From an uncultured Nitrososphaerota archaeon (lineage in GTDB: Archaea > Thermoproteota > Nitrososphaeria > Nitrososphaerales > Gagatemarchaeaceae): a DNA stretch of 64,000 nt. The notes below the pieces were generated by a model. It ran no database searches, was not told the origin of the DNA, and saw nothing but the letters and a program-made list of their open reading frames with translations. The position numbers and the translations under genes were made by a program. This document shows positions 30,758 through 39,923 of this stretch, one piece after another (positions within the stretch are counted from its first letter, which is position 1; every line of letters starts with the position of its first letter). Location of the stretch: NCBI GenBank assembly GCA_963718895.1, contig CAVRAG010000007.1, positions 608,001 through 672,000 of the forward strand, read 5' to 3'.

Positions 30758-31225
30758 CTAGCGCTCGTACACCCCAACGACGCGGGCCTGCTCGAGGACG
30801 TGTCCATCGATCGAGCCCAGTAGCTTTTCGAGGGTCAGGCCCGGCTTGAGACCGAGAGCCTTGTCGAGGGCGAAGATCCAGAAGTAGTAGTGGTGCGGAC
30901 CGTGCCCGTTCGGCGGGTAAGGACCCGTGTAGCCGATCTTTCCAGTCCCGTTCACTCCACCCGTGAAGGCATCTGGCTTCTGTCCTTCCGCGAGTCTGGT
31001 GGTCTCCACTGGAATCCCATAGAGCACCCAGTGGGTAAAGCCGTGGACGAGTGGCGCATCGGGGTCGTGGCAGACAAGTGCGAACTCTCGGGTCCCCTTT
31101 GGTGCGCCGCTCCACTCCAGGGGCGGTGAGAGGTTCTCCCCATCCCCGGCGTTCCGCTTGGGCATGTGGCCCAGCGCCGAGAACGCCGAGCTCTTGAGCT
31201 TCAAGTCTCCGAGTTTCAGCGACAT
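30758..31225 (-). CDS. YbhB/YbcL (PEBP/Raf-kinase-inhibitor-like) protein
   Basis: SPPLEW, HDPDAP, FTHWVLY, GPYPP.GHGPHHY. Confidence 0.93.
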   Translation of the reverse strand: MSLKLGDLKLKSSAFSALGHMPKRNAGDGENLSPPLEWSGAPKGTREFALVCHDPDAPLVHGFTHWVLYGIPVETTRLAEGQKPDAFTGGVNGTGKIGYTGPYPPNGHGPHHYYFWIFALDKALGLKPGLTLEKLLGSIDGHVLEQARVVGVYER

Positions 31226-31312
31226 GGTTCTCTGGTTTCTTTCAGACCGCGGCTCGGGTAATTAAGATTGCGAATACGCGCGTGCCCGAAGAGGCGGGGC
31301 ACCCCATATCTC

Positions 31313-31723
31313 TCACACGTTGTCGGAGACAACGCTCTCCGGAACGACCTCCACGGAAAGGTGTTCCCTCTTCACTATCTCGGCGGCCATCCTCTTACCC
31401 TCCTTCGAGCCCATGTACAGAACGGCAAGCCTCTCGGTATCCAACCTTACGTTCCTGGCGACGGCGACCGTCGCTCGCCCCTTCACTGCTACCCACGAGT
31501 ATCCGTCATCGAAGAGGAGCGTGACCCTCCCGTCCCTCTCTATGTTCCGTATCTTCACGGCGGTCGCCGGCATGGTGAAAATGAAGAGCCCTGCCTGGTA
31601 CATCGACCAGGTCGGGGTCACGTGAGGAGAACCGTCGGCGTTGATGGACGCGAACTTGCAGAAGAGGGGCCTGCTCACGAACCTGAGCTCCCGCAGCGTC
31701 ATTCGCCGGTGCATGCCTGTCAA
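31313..31723 (-). CDS. Pyridoxamine-5'-phosphate-oxidase-like (PPOX class) flavin/F420-binding protein
   Basis: ASINADGSPHVTPTW, KIRNIERDGRVTL, WVAVKGRA. Confidence 0.85.
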   Translation of the reverse strand: MTGMHRRMTLRELRFVSRPLFCKFASINADGSPHVTPTWSMYQAGLFIFTMPATAVKIRNIERDGRVTLLFDDGYSWVAVKGRATVAVARNVRLDTERLAVLYMGSKEGKRMAAEIVKREHLSVEVVPESVVSDNV

Positions 31724-32138
31724 CTGCGGCGCGCGTCGGTCTCCGGGAGAAAAGGCTTCTAGGGGTGGGGCTCACGGCCGATGAAGGGGGAGGCGACTCG
31801 CTTCCGTTGATACGGCTTCATCCCTGGCTCGGCCGGAGGTGTCGCTTAGACGTCCTAGGATCAGGCCGCCCTGCGGACCCACGCTCGAGCGTCGTCGCGC
31901 CTGGTCTGAAGGTAGCAGAGAGCCAGCACCAGCAGGACCAGGGCTGGCTGTCCGATCGTGAAGGACCATCCTTCGAACGTTGAGAAGATTGCGTGTGCGT
32001 CGCGACCGGACATGGACCCGTGCGCCGATTCGCAGTATGTAGTGCGCCAGAACCCCAAGTCTGGACCCAGCGTCCACAGGGTCGTTATGCTCACCGGATG
32101 GCGACGCGTCCCGGTCCACGTCGGCCGGCTATCTCTGA

Positions 32139-32762
32139 CTAATGTACGCGAGTCGGGTCCGTCATCAGCTGCCTCAGGCCGAACAGCGCGAGGGCTATTA
32201 TCAGGATGCTCACTACGAAGAAGCTGTCAATGAAGATGACGTTCGAAAAGATGGAGTTCAAGGCGACGGCGACAATCAGGCCGAGTATTCCGAAGACGAT
32301 GGCGACGAGAGCACCGGAGATGGCCGGCCTCCAGAGATAGAATCCGGCGGCTATGCCGATTGCGCCGAAGACCATCACGCCAAGCCCGATGAAGACTATC
32401 GTGCTCTGGGAGTAGGTGAGAATCGGACCCAAGAACGCGAAGTCCGGCGAAAAGAGGTTGCCGAAGAGGTTGTTCCCCCCGAAGTCGCCTGCCAGGATGC
32501 CCGCGAAGAGCACGAAGCAGCTCACTATCACAGCCACCCCTCCGACTAGGTACGCGAAGATAGATCCGGCCATGACGGCAGTGCCCCTGTTCTTCTCACC
32601 AGACACAACCCTGGCCGTCAGCTTCCGTCCGAAGACCTTGTCAGCATCGTCCTTGCAGTAGAACTTCCCGCCAATCTTCACTACGCAGGCGGTGCACAGA
32701 CCCCTCCCGCACGCCGAGCAGACACCTATGGCATCGGTGTTCTGGTGGACGTAGCATTTCAT
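32139..32762 (-). CDS. B-box-like zinc finger fused to a multi-TM domain
   Basis: MKCYVH...AIGVCSACGRGLCTAC...YCKDD followed by about four hydrophobic helices. Confidence 0.8.
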   Translation of the reverse strand: MKCYVHQNTDAIGVCSACGRGLCTACVVKIGGKFYCKDDADKVFGRKLTARVVSGEKNRGTAVMAGSIFAYLVGGVAVIVSCFVLFAGILAGDFGGNNLFGNLFSPDFAFLGPILTYSQSTIVFIGLGVMVFGAIGIAAGFYLWRPAISGALVAIVFGILGLIVAVALNSIFSNVIFIDSFFVVSILIIALALFGLRQLMTDPTRVH

Positions 32763-32958
32763 GGTCTCGGGGACCTCGGCATCAGCGTAGCCTAAAAAGT
32801 GTTTACGGACGCTTCCCCGCTGCGAGGGAAACCCATATGACCGGCGGTCGGCGATGCTCCTGACCCTGATTGGAATTGGCGAACGAGAGGCGTGGTCCAC
32901 CTATCCGATGCCAGAGGTGCGGCAGCGCCAACCTGGAATCGGTCGGTTCTGACTCGAA

Positions 32959-33603
32959 TCACTGGCACGCAAGGTGCGTGGACTGTGGGTTCGCGTTCAT
33001 TGTCGAGGGAATCGACCCCGGCTCTCCGCCGAGCTGAGCGGTAGCGTCCGGGAGCGTATCCTCCCCTCGTTGAATCCTGCGATACCTCTTCAGTACCTTG
33101 AGGTTCCTGCCAAAGAGGAGCCCGACCCCGAAGATCAGGAGGAGGTCGGTGGCTACCGTCCCGTAGAGAGCTGTCCCGGAAAGGGTCAGGCCGGGAGTGA
33201 AGCTAAAGGCCGACGGTCCTATGACGACGTAGTCTATGGCGAGCCTTGCAACCAAGCCGGCGAGATAGATTGCGTAAATGACGACTCCCCCCCTGAAGTA
33301 TATCGAGCCGTCGGATCCCCTCCAGAACGTTATCCTCCTGTCGGCGAAGATGTACGAGCCGACAGCTGCGGCAGCGGCGAGGAGGGCGTAGACGGGTGCC
33401 AGAAATACTGAGACCCCCTCGTAGAAGGAGGTGCCACAGAAGACCACGCCCAGGGCGATGTAGACCATCGCGAACGTCACGGTCCGGGCCATGCTCAGGC
33501 GCGTCCCCCGGTACATCCTGTAGGTCCTCCGGATCGCCACGAAGACTATCAAGGCGAAGACGATCAGAATCGTCTCTGAGCCGGAGGACTGGGACGCAGA
33601 CAA
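32959..33603 (-). CDS. Membrane protein, CcdC/DUF1453-like
   Basis: About five TM helices; ITFWRGSDGSIYFRGG, ARLAI. Confidence 0.6.
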   Translation of the reverse strand: MSASQSSGSETILIVFALIVFVAIRRTYRMYRGTRLSMARTVTFAMVYIALGVVFCGTSFYEGVSVFLAPVYALLAAAAAVGSYIFADRRITFWRGSDGSIYFRGGVVIYAIYLAGLVARLAIDYVVIGPSAFSFTPGLTLSGTALYGTVATDLLLIFGVGLLFGRNLKVLKRYRRIQRGEDTLPDATAQLGGEPGSIPSTMNANPQSTHLACQ

Positions 33604-33652
33604 GATTCCGTCATGGGGTCCCTCGCGAGATTATATCTCTTCGGGCGCTGCG

Positions 33653-34688
33653 AGGTGTGTCGAATAACTAACTCCTCTGTCAACCTTCTTTCATTCGTTC
33701 CCTGATGGGATTGAGAAGATCTCGCTCTCTCGTGCCCGAGAAGAAGAAGCGGAACTGGAAGGAGTACAACGAGTCGCTGGTGAGGAGGGGAGAACTCCTC
33801 TTCGATACCGATTTTTTATCTGGTTGGAGCAGAGAACTAGAGAGTCTCAACGAGGAGAAGGAAGGAGCGAGGTATCGCTATCCAGACTCGTTAATGAGTA
33901 TGCTCGCAGCCATCCACGTGTACCTGCTCCCGTACAGGGAGCTGGAAGGGTTCCTCAGGATGTTCTCGGGGCACGTAGAAGGGTTGAGAGTCCCAGACTA
34001 CACCACGATGTGGTGGAGGATATCAAGGGTGAAGGTGGAGCTCGACCCAAGTGTGGATCCAAAGGAAGACGTGACCATAGCGGTTGACTCGACTGGCATC
34101 AAGGTCTCCAACCACGGGGACTGGATGAGGCACGTCTGGAAGGTGAAGCGGCCCTTCATCAAGGTACATCTCGCAGTGGACGTCAGGACCGGGAAGATAC
34201 TGTCGATGGAGGTGACGAAGGAAGAGGTAAGAGACGCAGAGATGCTCGTCCCGCTGGTCGAGCGAGCGTCCTCGAGCGCGAAGGTGGCGAGGCTGATGGG
34301 CGACGGGGGATACGATTCGAGAGCCAACTTCAGGTACCTCCACGATAACGGGATTGAGCCCGTCATCAAGGTAAGGAAAAATGCCTCGTCGCACGCACAC
34401 GGGTGCATGCCGAGGAAGCTCGTCGCGATGGAGCAGCTGAGAGACTACGAGAGATGGAAGACGAGGCACGGGTACGGCCAGAGAGCGAGGGTCGAGTCGG
34501 CGATATCGTCGTTCAAGAGGACGTTCGGGGAGCACGTAACCTCGGTGAGGTGGAGGAGCGTGGTCAACGAGCTGCTCGTCAAGGCGTCGGTCTACAACCT
34601 GTTCGTCGGGAAGAACCTGTAGCAATGGCTAGGAGTCGGCGAAACCACGAGCAAGAAGTGACGCACCGTCAAGTTATTCGACACACCT
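33653..34688 (+). mobile_element. IS5-family insertion sequence (IS903-like), 1036 bp
   Basis: Perfect 17-bp TIRs AGGTGTGTCGAATAACT (33653-69) and AGTTATTCGACACACCT (34672-88). 9-bp TSD GGCGCTGCG at 33644-52 and 34689-97. Confidence 0.95.
33705..34622 (+). CDS. IS5-family DDE transposase
   Basis: RNWKEYNESLVRRG, PDYTT, VDSTG, KVHLAVD, GDGGYDS, YGQRARVESAISSFKRTFG. Confidence 0.95.
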   Translation: MGLRRSRSLVPEKKKRNWKEYNESLVRRGELLFDTDFLSGWSRELESLNEEKEGARYRYPDSLMSMLAAIHVYLLPYRELEGFLRMFSGHVEGLRVPDYTTMWWRISRVKVELDPSVDPKEDVTIAVDSTGIKVSNHGDWMRHVWKVKRPFIKVHLAVDVRTGKILSMEVTKEEVRDAEMLVPLVERASSSAKVARLMGDGGYDSRANFRYLHDNGIEPVIKVRKNASSHAHGCMPRKLVAMEQLRDYERWKTRHGYGQRARVESAISSFKRTFGEHVTSVRWRSVVNELLVKASVYNLFVGKNL

Positions 34689-34743
34689 GGCGCTGCGACA
34701 ACGGTTAATATCTAGTTCGCCCATTTAAGTACGGCGCAGCCTG

Positions 34744-35118
34744 TTGGACCCATACTCCTCGGCTTCCGTCTGGCATGAGAGAGAAGAAGCCTGGCACGAG
34801 ATACTACCGGGTGTTCGCAGACGCATCGCAAATCACTCGTCCACCGGGATGATGGTCATGTACAAGATCGATCCAGGAAAGGTCTTCGCGTGGCACAACC
34901 ACCCCCACGCGCAATTCGGAGTACTCCTGGAGGGAGGAGGGACCTTCAAGGTCGGCGAAGTGGAATGGAGGGCCGGGCCCGGAGACGGTTACTACATCCC
35001 ACCGGGAGTGTTCCACGAACTCAGGACGGACGGAGAGAAGCCCAGCGTAATCATCGACTTCTTCACCCCGGAGAGGGACGACTACCTGGGCGAGGCGCTA
35101 GCCCCTGACGACGCGTGA
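34744..35118 (+). CDS. Cupin-domain protein
   Basis: WHNHPHAQ and GDGYYIPPGVFH. Confidence 0.9.
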   Translation: MDPYSSASVWHEREEAWHEILPGVRRRIANHSSTGMMVMYKIDPGKVFAWHNHPHAQFGVLLEGGGTFKVGEVEWRAGPGDGYYIPPGVFHELRTDGEKPSVIIDFFTPERDDYLGEALAPDDA

Positions 35119-35194
35119 CGGGATAGAACGCCCCCGTTCTCCTGATTCAACGAGATCAGGGAGCAGATAATAGTCTGCGGCTTGGTGACCGGCC

Positions 35195-35752
35195 GTGCCA
35201 GGACGAGCAGGGACTGCCAAGGAGTACCTCGGGTTCTTCAAAACCGCTGGTCGCCTGAAGGACGAACCCCGGAGAGGATGGATTCTCAAGCTCGGCGTGG
35301 GAAATCCTGAGTCGGTGGCGGACCACACGTGCCGGACCGCCCTGATGGCGATGGTCTACAGTGACCTCCGGGGATTGGACACGGAGAGGGTCCTCAAGAT
35401 GGCCCTGATCCATGATCTTCCGGAGGCGCTCGTCGGGGACTCAATCCCGGGTGAGCGCACGAGGAGGCAGAAGCTGACCCTAGAGTCCGCAGCCATGAAG
35501 AAGATCCTGGTCGTTCTGCCGCCCGAACGGAGAAAGGAGTATTGGGCCATCTGGCTCGAATTCACTCACGGAGAGTCGGAAGAGGCCCGACTGGTCAGGC
35601 AGGTCGACAAACTCGAGATGGCCGTCCAGGCCTCGGAGTACAGCCCATCTCGCGCCGATCCGACGACCGAGGAGTTCATGAAGACAGCTCGCGCCAGCTT
35701 AACCGACGACGATCTCCTCGAGCTCCTGGATCTGGTCTCCCCGACGGGATAA
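35195..35752 (+). CDS. HD-domain phosphohydrolase (YfbR/HDDC2-like)
   Basis: LKDEPRRGW, ESVADH, ALIHDLPE, DKLEM. Confidence 0.92.
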   Translation: MPGRAGTAKEYLGFFKTAGRLKDEPRRGWILKLGVGNPESVADHTCRTALMAMVYSDLRGLDTERVLKMALIHDLPEALVGDSIPGERTRRQKLTLESAAMKKILVVLPPERRKEYWAIWLEFTHGESEEARLVRQVDKLEMAVQASEYSPSRADPTTEEFMKTARASLTDDDLLELLDLVSPTG

Positions 35753-35767
35753 ACGGCCCCCCTTCTC

Positions 35768-36130
35768 TCAGAGCGGGCAGTTGACCTCCTCTGCACTGAT
35801 GATCCTGCCATCCTCGATGGTCTGGAACGCGATTACCTTGAACCTCAGACGCGTGCCATCGTTCCTTGTTGCGTCGACCGCGTGAATCTCCGCTATCGTA
35901 TTGCCGTTGGTCACCAACCTCGTAATTTCGACGGTGCTGGATCTGAGGGTCGCCTTGATGGCAGAGACGCCCTCCATGAACTGGCTGAAGCTGTACTTCT
36001 TGCCGTTCAGGTCCTGGGTGTAGTTGGCGCTGTAGAATTCGAGCATGTCACGGTCGGTCGCGGCAGGGTCGAACAGTCTGGCGAACGTCCGCTCAAGGAA
36101 CAGCCGCGCCTCTTCGGAATTCAAGGGCAT
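35768..36130 (-). CDS. SnoaL/NTF2-like protein
   Basis: FYSANYTQ..NG, IAEIH, IEDGRI..EEV. Confidence 0.8.
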   Translation of the reverse strand: MPLNSEEARLFLERTFARLFDPAATDRDMLEFYSANYTQDLNGKKYSFSQFMEGVSAIKATLRSSTVEITRLVTNGNTIAEIHAVDATRNDGTRLRFKVIAFQTIEDGRIISAEEVNCPL

Positions 36131-36240
36131 CTCTCTGGAGCACGGTCTAGGTGCCCCTCAAAAACGTGGCGGGGGAGAGGCTCCCTGCGACCTCCAAAAA
36201 AAGCAAATATTGGACGGCTCGCCAGCAGGGGAGGGTAAAG

Positions 36241-36726
36241 ATGGACGACACTCCAGACGACATAACCAAGATATTGGGTCCAAACGAACAGGTCGAGCTC
36301 TACATCAAGCAGAAGATCTATCATCCTGCAATAAACATAGACTCGGTTCTCATAACCAACGAGCGGATAATCCTCCGACATCCGCACGCGCTACGCCTGA
36401 AGAAGGACTACACAGATTTCAACTATCAGGACATCGCGAACGTCGTCCTTGACAAGGGCCTGATCAGGTCCACGGTCAGGTGCACCCTGCGCCTGGGGGG
36501 CGAGCCTCTTTCATTGAACGACCTGCCCAACTCGGATGCGGAAAAAGCGTACGGGCTGATCAGGGAGAATCTCGTCAGATACCAGGCGCCCTTCACCGCC
36601 GGCTACGCGGGCATCCCCATGGGACAGCAGCCCTCCGCTGCGCAGGCCGTGAGGACCTGCCCCAAGTGCGGGGCGATGGTCCCCGCAGGCCAGAAGTTCT
36701 GCGGGAGCTGTGGCACGCCGATGTGA
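36241..36726 (+). CDS. Bacterial-type PH domain plus C-terminal zinc ribbon
   Basis: ILGPNEQV...ITNERII...YQDI; tail CPKCG..FCGSCG. Confidence 0.85.
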   Translation: MDDTPDDITKILGPNEQVELYIKQKIYHPAINIDSVLITNERIILRHPHALRLKKDYTDFNYQDIANVVLDKGLIRSTVRCTLRLGGEPLSLNDLPNSDAEKAYGLIRENLVRYQAPFTAGYAGIPMGQQPSAAQAVRTCPKCGAMVPAGQKFCGSCGTPM

Positions 36727-36730
36727 GAAC

Positions 36731-37168
36731 CTATCGAGTGTAGTAGAGCTCGATGAAATAGAAGGCATAGGCGCCGATGAAGCTCCCGCCCATCTGGGCG
36801 GACGCACCGTTGTCCTGAAACCCCGATAGGACGAAGAGCAGGCCGCCGACGCCAGCGGAGAGGATCGCCAGGAACCCAAGAATCGATACGATGCGGACGC
36901 TCGTTGGTTTCGACCGCTGCGACATGGCGAGCACGACCACCGAGAGCGCAAAGAGGAGCACGCCCTCTGCCGCGTGCCAGACCAGGATCGCCCCGCCTGC
37001 GGATATCGCACCGCCTACGTCACCTATCGACGGGCCAACGGTACCTGACGGGAATGTGGTGAAGAGGTTCACCGTGTCCCCCGTCCAGCCTTGGACCGTG
37101 AGTACCAAGAGGACCAGGACGATGGAGACCCTCAGGACTCGTCGGTCCCCGATAGAGGTCCTGGTCAA
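36731..37168 (-). CDS. Four-TM hypothetical membrane protein
   Basis: 145-aa hydrophobic ORF. Confidence 0.7.
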   Translation of the reverse strand: MTRTSIGDRRVLRVSIVLVLLVLTVQGWTGDTVNLFTTFPSGTVGPSIGDVGGAISAGGAILVWHAAEGVLLFALSVVVLAMSQRSKPTSVRIVSILGFLAILSAGVGGLLFVLSGFQDNGASAQMGGSFIGAYAFYFIELYYTR

Positions 37169-37235
37169 TGCCTATCAAGCGTGACGTCGCGCCGCTCTCG
37201 ACCTTTGAACTGCACAGGAGGATGGCGGTTAGAGA

Positions 37236-37525
37236 TCATGATTGCGGGGCCCTCTCCCGGCGACCCTCGACCGCCCTTCGCCAGGCCTCCGCGAGCTTGA
37301 CCTTCTTGCTCCCCGAATCTGACTCCGCCTCGACCAGGACCCCCATGCGCAGCAACCTGTCGGTCGTCGTCCGCTCAGAGGCCGACAGGTCGGCGTACTC
37401 TACCGAAGATCCGAAGACTACGAGGTAGCTGATGAACTGCATGTCCCGAACGATCCCATCTCCCGAATCCTCCTTCTGCACCCTCTCCCCGCGATAGCCC
37501 ACGCGGGTATCGTGCTCTTTCTCAT
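37236..37525 (-). CDS. Small hypothetical protein (possible frameshift near 37490)
   Basis: ATG at 37525; the downstream part reads ...DRLLRMGVLVE..KKVKL (winged-helix-like end). Confidence 0.4.
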
Positions 37526-37600
37526 GGGTCGACCGCCCCTGTGAGAGTACCTGGGTCCTCCCCCGCCATCCCCACGGGGCCGCGGATCCTGAGCGACGTC

Positions 37601-38383
37601 CTAGGTCCACCCTCCCAGTATGCCTCCGTCCACGGGCAGCGCAGCCCCCGTGACGAATGAGGATTCGTCCGAGGCGAGAAAGAGCGCCATGTTCGCGACC
37701 TCCGCGGGCGACCCTATTCGCCCCAGGGGGTGCTTCTTGATGAGATCCGCTTCGGCAGCTTCAGGGTCTGTGGCCTGGGCGAGGATGTCCCTGAGCATGG
37801 GTGTATCGATCGCGCCAGGGCAGATGCAGTTGACGCGGATATTGAACTCTGCGACGTCCATCGCGACGGCCCTCGTGAGCATGAGCACACCCCCCTTCGA
37901 TGCATCGTACGCAGCCTCCTTCTTCATCGCCATCAGGGAGTTTATCGACCCCGTGTTGATAATCACCCCCCTCTTCCTCTTTATCATGTGAGGCAGGACG
38001 TACCTCGTGCAGAGAAAGGTGCCGGTGAGGTTCGTCCCTATGACATCTGCCCATTCGGCCTCGGAGGTCTCGAGCACGGTGCCCACAGGGGAGAGAGCGG
38101 CGTTGTTGAAGAGCACGTCCACCGTCCCGAACTGTTTCACCGTCGACTCGACGAGTTTCTGCACGTCGGAGCTCTTCGATACGTCGGTCCTCACAAAGAT
38201 AGCTTCGCCGTTCTCTCTCTTGATTGCGGCGACGACCTCCCTCCCTTTCGAGGCATTGCGCCCCGCTATCACGACCCTTGAGCCTTCCCTTGCAAAGAGC
38301 ATAGCCGTCGCCCTTCCTATCCCGGAGTTCCCGCCAGTAATAATTGAGACCCGGCCTTTCAGCTTCATCGCTTCAGTTGCCAC
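37601..38383 (-). CDS. Short-chain dehydrogenase/reductase
   Basis: TGGNSGIG, NNA, YDASK, NCICPG, VDGG. Confidence 0.95.
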   Translation of the reverse strand: MATEAMKLKGRVSIITGGNSGIGRATAMLFAREGSRVVIAGRNASKGREVVAAIKRENGEAIFVRTDVSKSSDVQKLVESTVKQFGTVDVLFNNAALSPVGTVLETSEAEWADVIGTNLTGTFLCTRYVLPHMIKRKRGVIINTGSINSLMAMKKEAAYDASKGGVLMLTRAVAMDVAEFNIRVNCICPGAIDTPMLRDILAQATDPEAAEADLIKKHPLGRIGSPAEVANMALFLASDESSFVTGAALPVDGGILGGWT

Positions 38384-38655
38384 GGCGAGGCTAAAGAAGC
38401 CTTCTGGCTGGATCGGAGGAGGCGGAGGGCCAAGAAAGCCGTCTCCAGGGCAGTCGACCGCCCTCGGGCACTTTCGCGATAGGTCGTTATCCGCCTGCGA
38501 ACATAACCCGCCATGCGCACGAGGCCGTAGAGTTCTAGGATTGACCCTAGGTAGAGAATTGTGAGGACGAGCAGCGGGACGTGGACGAAGGGGTACGCGG
38601 AGACGTCGAAGACATAGACTGCGGAAATCACGCCCTGGGCAAGCAGCAGTTTCAT
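38365..38655 (-). CDS. Small hydrophobic hypothetical protein
   Basis: Two hydrophobic stretches; the 3' end is uncertain. Confidence 0.35.
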   Translation of the reverse strand: MKLLLAQGVISAVYVFDVSAYPFVHVPLLVLTILYLGSILELYGLVRMAGYVRRRITTYRESARGRSTALETAFLALRLLRSSQKASLASPWQLKR

Positions 38656-38703
38656 CGGTCAGTGAGATTCGATGGGCAGCTATACCCCTAGCGGAGGAAT
38701 CCT

Positions 38704-39180
38704 CTATCTTCGCTCCTTCAGTCTAGAGTCCACCGTGAGATTGACGTAGCTCCTCTCGAGGTTCTTCTGCGGGAAGACCTCCTTGACCTCCCTGGGTCTG
38801 CGGTCAGCGAAGACGCTGTCCGCGTGCCACTTCGACCCGAAGGCGAAGAAGCTCATAAGAATCGGAAGCGCATCCCACCCCTTCTCGGTGAGGCTCCATC
38901 TGACGACGTTGGCGAGATCAGTATCCACCGTCTTCTGGATGATGCCTTCCCTCTCGAGCTCCTTCAGGCGGGCCGAGAGCATCCGTGGCGTCAGACCGGG
39001 TATGCCTCTGAGAAAGTCCGAGAAGCGCTGGGCGTTCTGCATCGACATCTCCCTCAGCATCAGCAGAGTCCACTTCCTCCCGAACACCCCTAGGCTGGCA
39101 GCGATGGGGCACCCCACGATCGGGGCTTCTGTGGCTATTGGTGTCCCTTTGGTCCAGTATTCGAACGGCGAGCTTGCCAA
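38704..39180 (-). CDS. HxlR-family transcriptional regulator
   Basis: CPIAASLGVFGRKWTLLML, RFSDF, LSARLKELEREG, LTEKG. Confidence 0.93.
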   Translation of the reverse strand: MASSPFEYWTKGTPIATEAPIVGCPIAASLGVFGRKWTLLMLREMSMQNAQRFSDFLRGIPGLTPRMLSARLKELEREGIIQKTVDTDLANVVRWSLTEKGWDALPILMSFFAFGSKWHADSVFADRRPREVKEVFPQKNLERSYVNLTVDSRLKERR

Positions 39181-39222
39181 ATGCGGTCTCCCAAATCACA
39201 GGGCGCGCCGCTATTTATCTTG

Positions 39223-39235
39223 TATACTTTGTATA
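39223..39235. promoter_or_regulatory. Inverted repeat TATAC-N3-GTATA beside the TATA-like box of the HxlR-family gene; possible operator
   Basis: TATACTTTGTATA next to TATTTAT (39212-18). Confidence 0.35.
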
Positions 39236-39335
39236 GCGTGCCCGTCTCAGAGGATTGTGGTCCCATCTGGCCGAAACAATCACGAAGGAGACGCGATTGA
39301 CAATCCTGCGCCTCGGCGGAGTGCAACTCTTCGAT

Positions 39336-39923
39336 CTACTTGTGGAATCTTCCGAATATCCTCTTGAGGAAGCCGCCTTCCTGAGGCGAGGACTCAGCGA
39401 CCGGGACCTCCACAGTGAAGGTCTGCCGACTCGTCGACGCCTCCATAGCTGGAGCGGAAGACTGAACCTTGTCTGCGGCCTCCTGAGGAAAAGGTTGATC
39501 CTGAACTGGAGTGGCGACGAACCCTTCAGGCTCTGCGAGGGCCGGAACTTCCAGGGCGGGGGTCACTTCCACGGGTTCAGGCAGAACCGGGTCGGCCACG
39601 ACGGGCTGGGCTACAATTGTCTCGGCGAGGACTGGCGGGCTGGCGGCGTATGCCGATTCGACCTGCTCCACAGGCTCGACACTTGAGATAGCGTACCCCG
39701 GGCTTGCGGCGGTCTCTGACCTCTTTCGGAAGAAGACGTCGTTGTGAGAGTCCCGCCCCGATGTCGATACCTCGACCGATGCCCCTGTCTCGGCGATGGA
39801 GGACGAAGGAGACGCGAACCCAGAGGACTCCGGCACGGGTCCACCGGTGGTGAACGACGATGCTGCTAGCCTGCTAGACTTCCTCCGGCGCGTGAGGGGG
39901 TCGTCGCCTAAGCCTCGAGGCAA
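39336..39923 (-). CDS. ParA partner protein (195 aa): RGLG N-terminal peptide, low-complexity linker, amphipathic C-terminus
   Basis: TTG at 39923, preceded by GAGGAG at 8-nt spacing, overlapping the parA 3' end. MPRGLGDDPLTRRRK...SHNDVFFRKR...GGFLKRIFGRFHK. Confidence 0.8.
   Translation of the reverse strand: MPRGLGDDPLTRRRKSSRLAASSFTTGGPVPESSGFASPSSSIAETGASVEVSTSGRDSHNDVFFRKRSETAASPGYAISSVEPVEQVESAYAASPPVLAETIVAQPVVADPVLPEPVEVTPALEVPALAEPEGFVATPVQDQPFPQEAADKVQSSAPAMEASTSRQTFTVEVPVAESSPQEGGFLKRIFGRFHK

Noticed and set aside
31772-32119. Short ORFs between the PPOX and B-box genes
   Set aside because: No recognisable motif or clear start; possibly decayed sequence.
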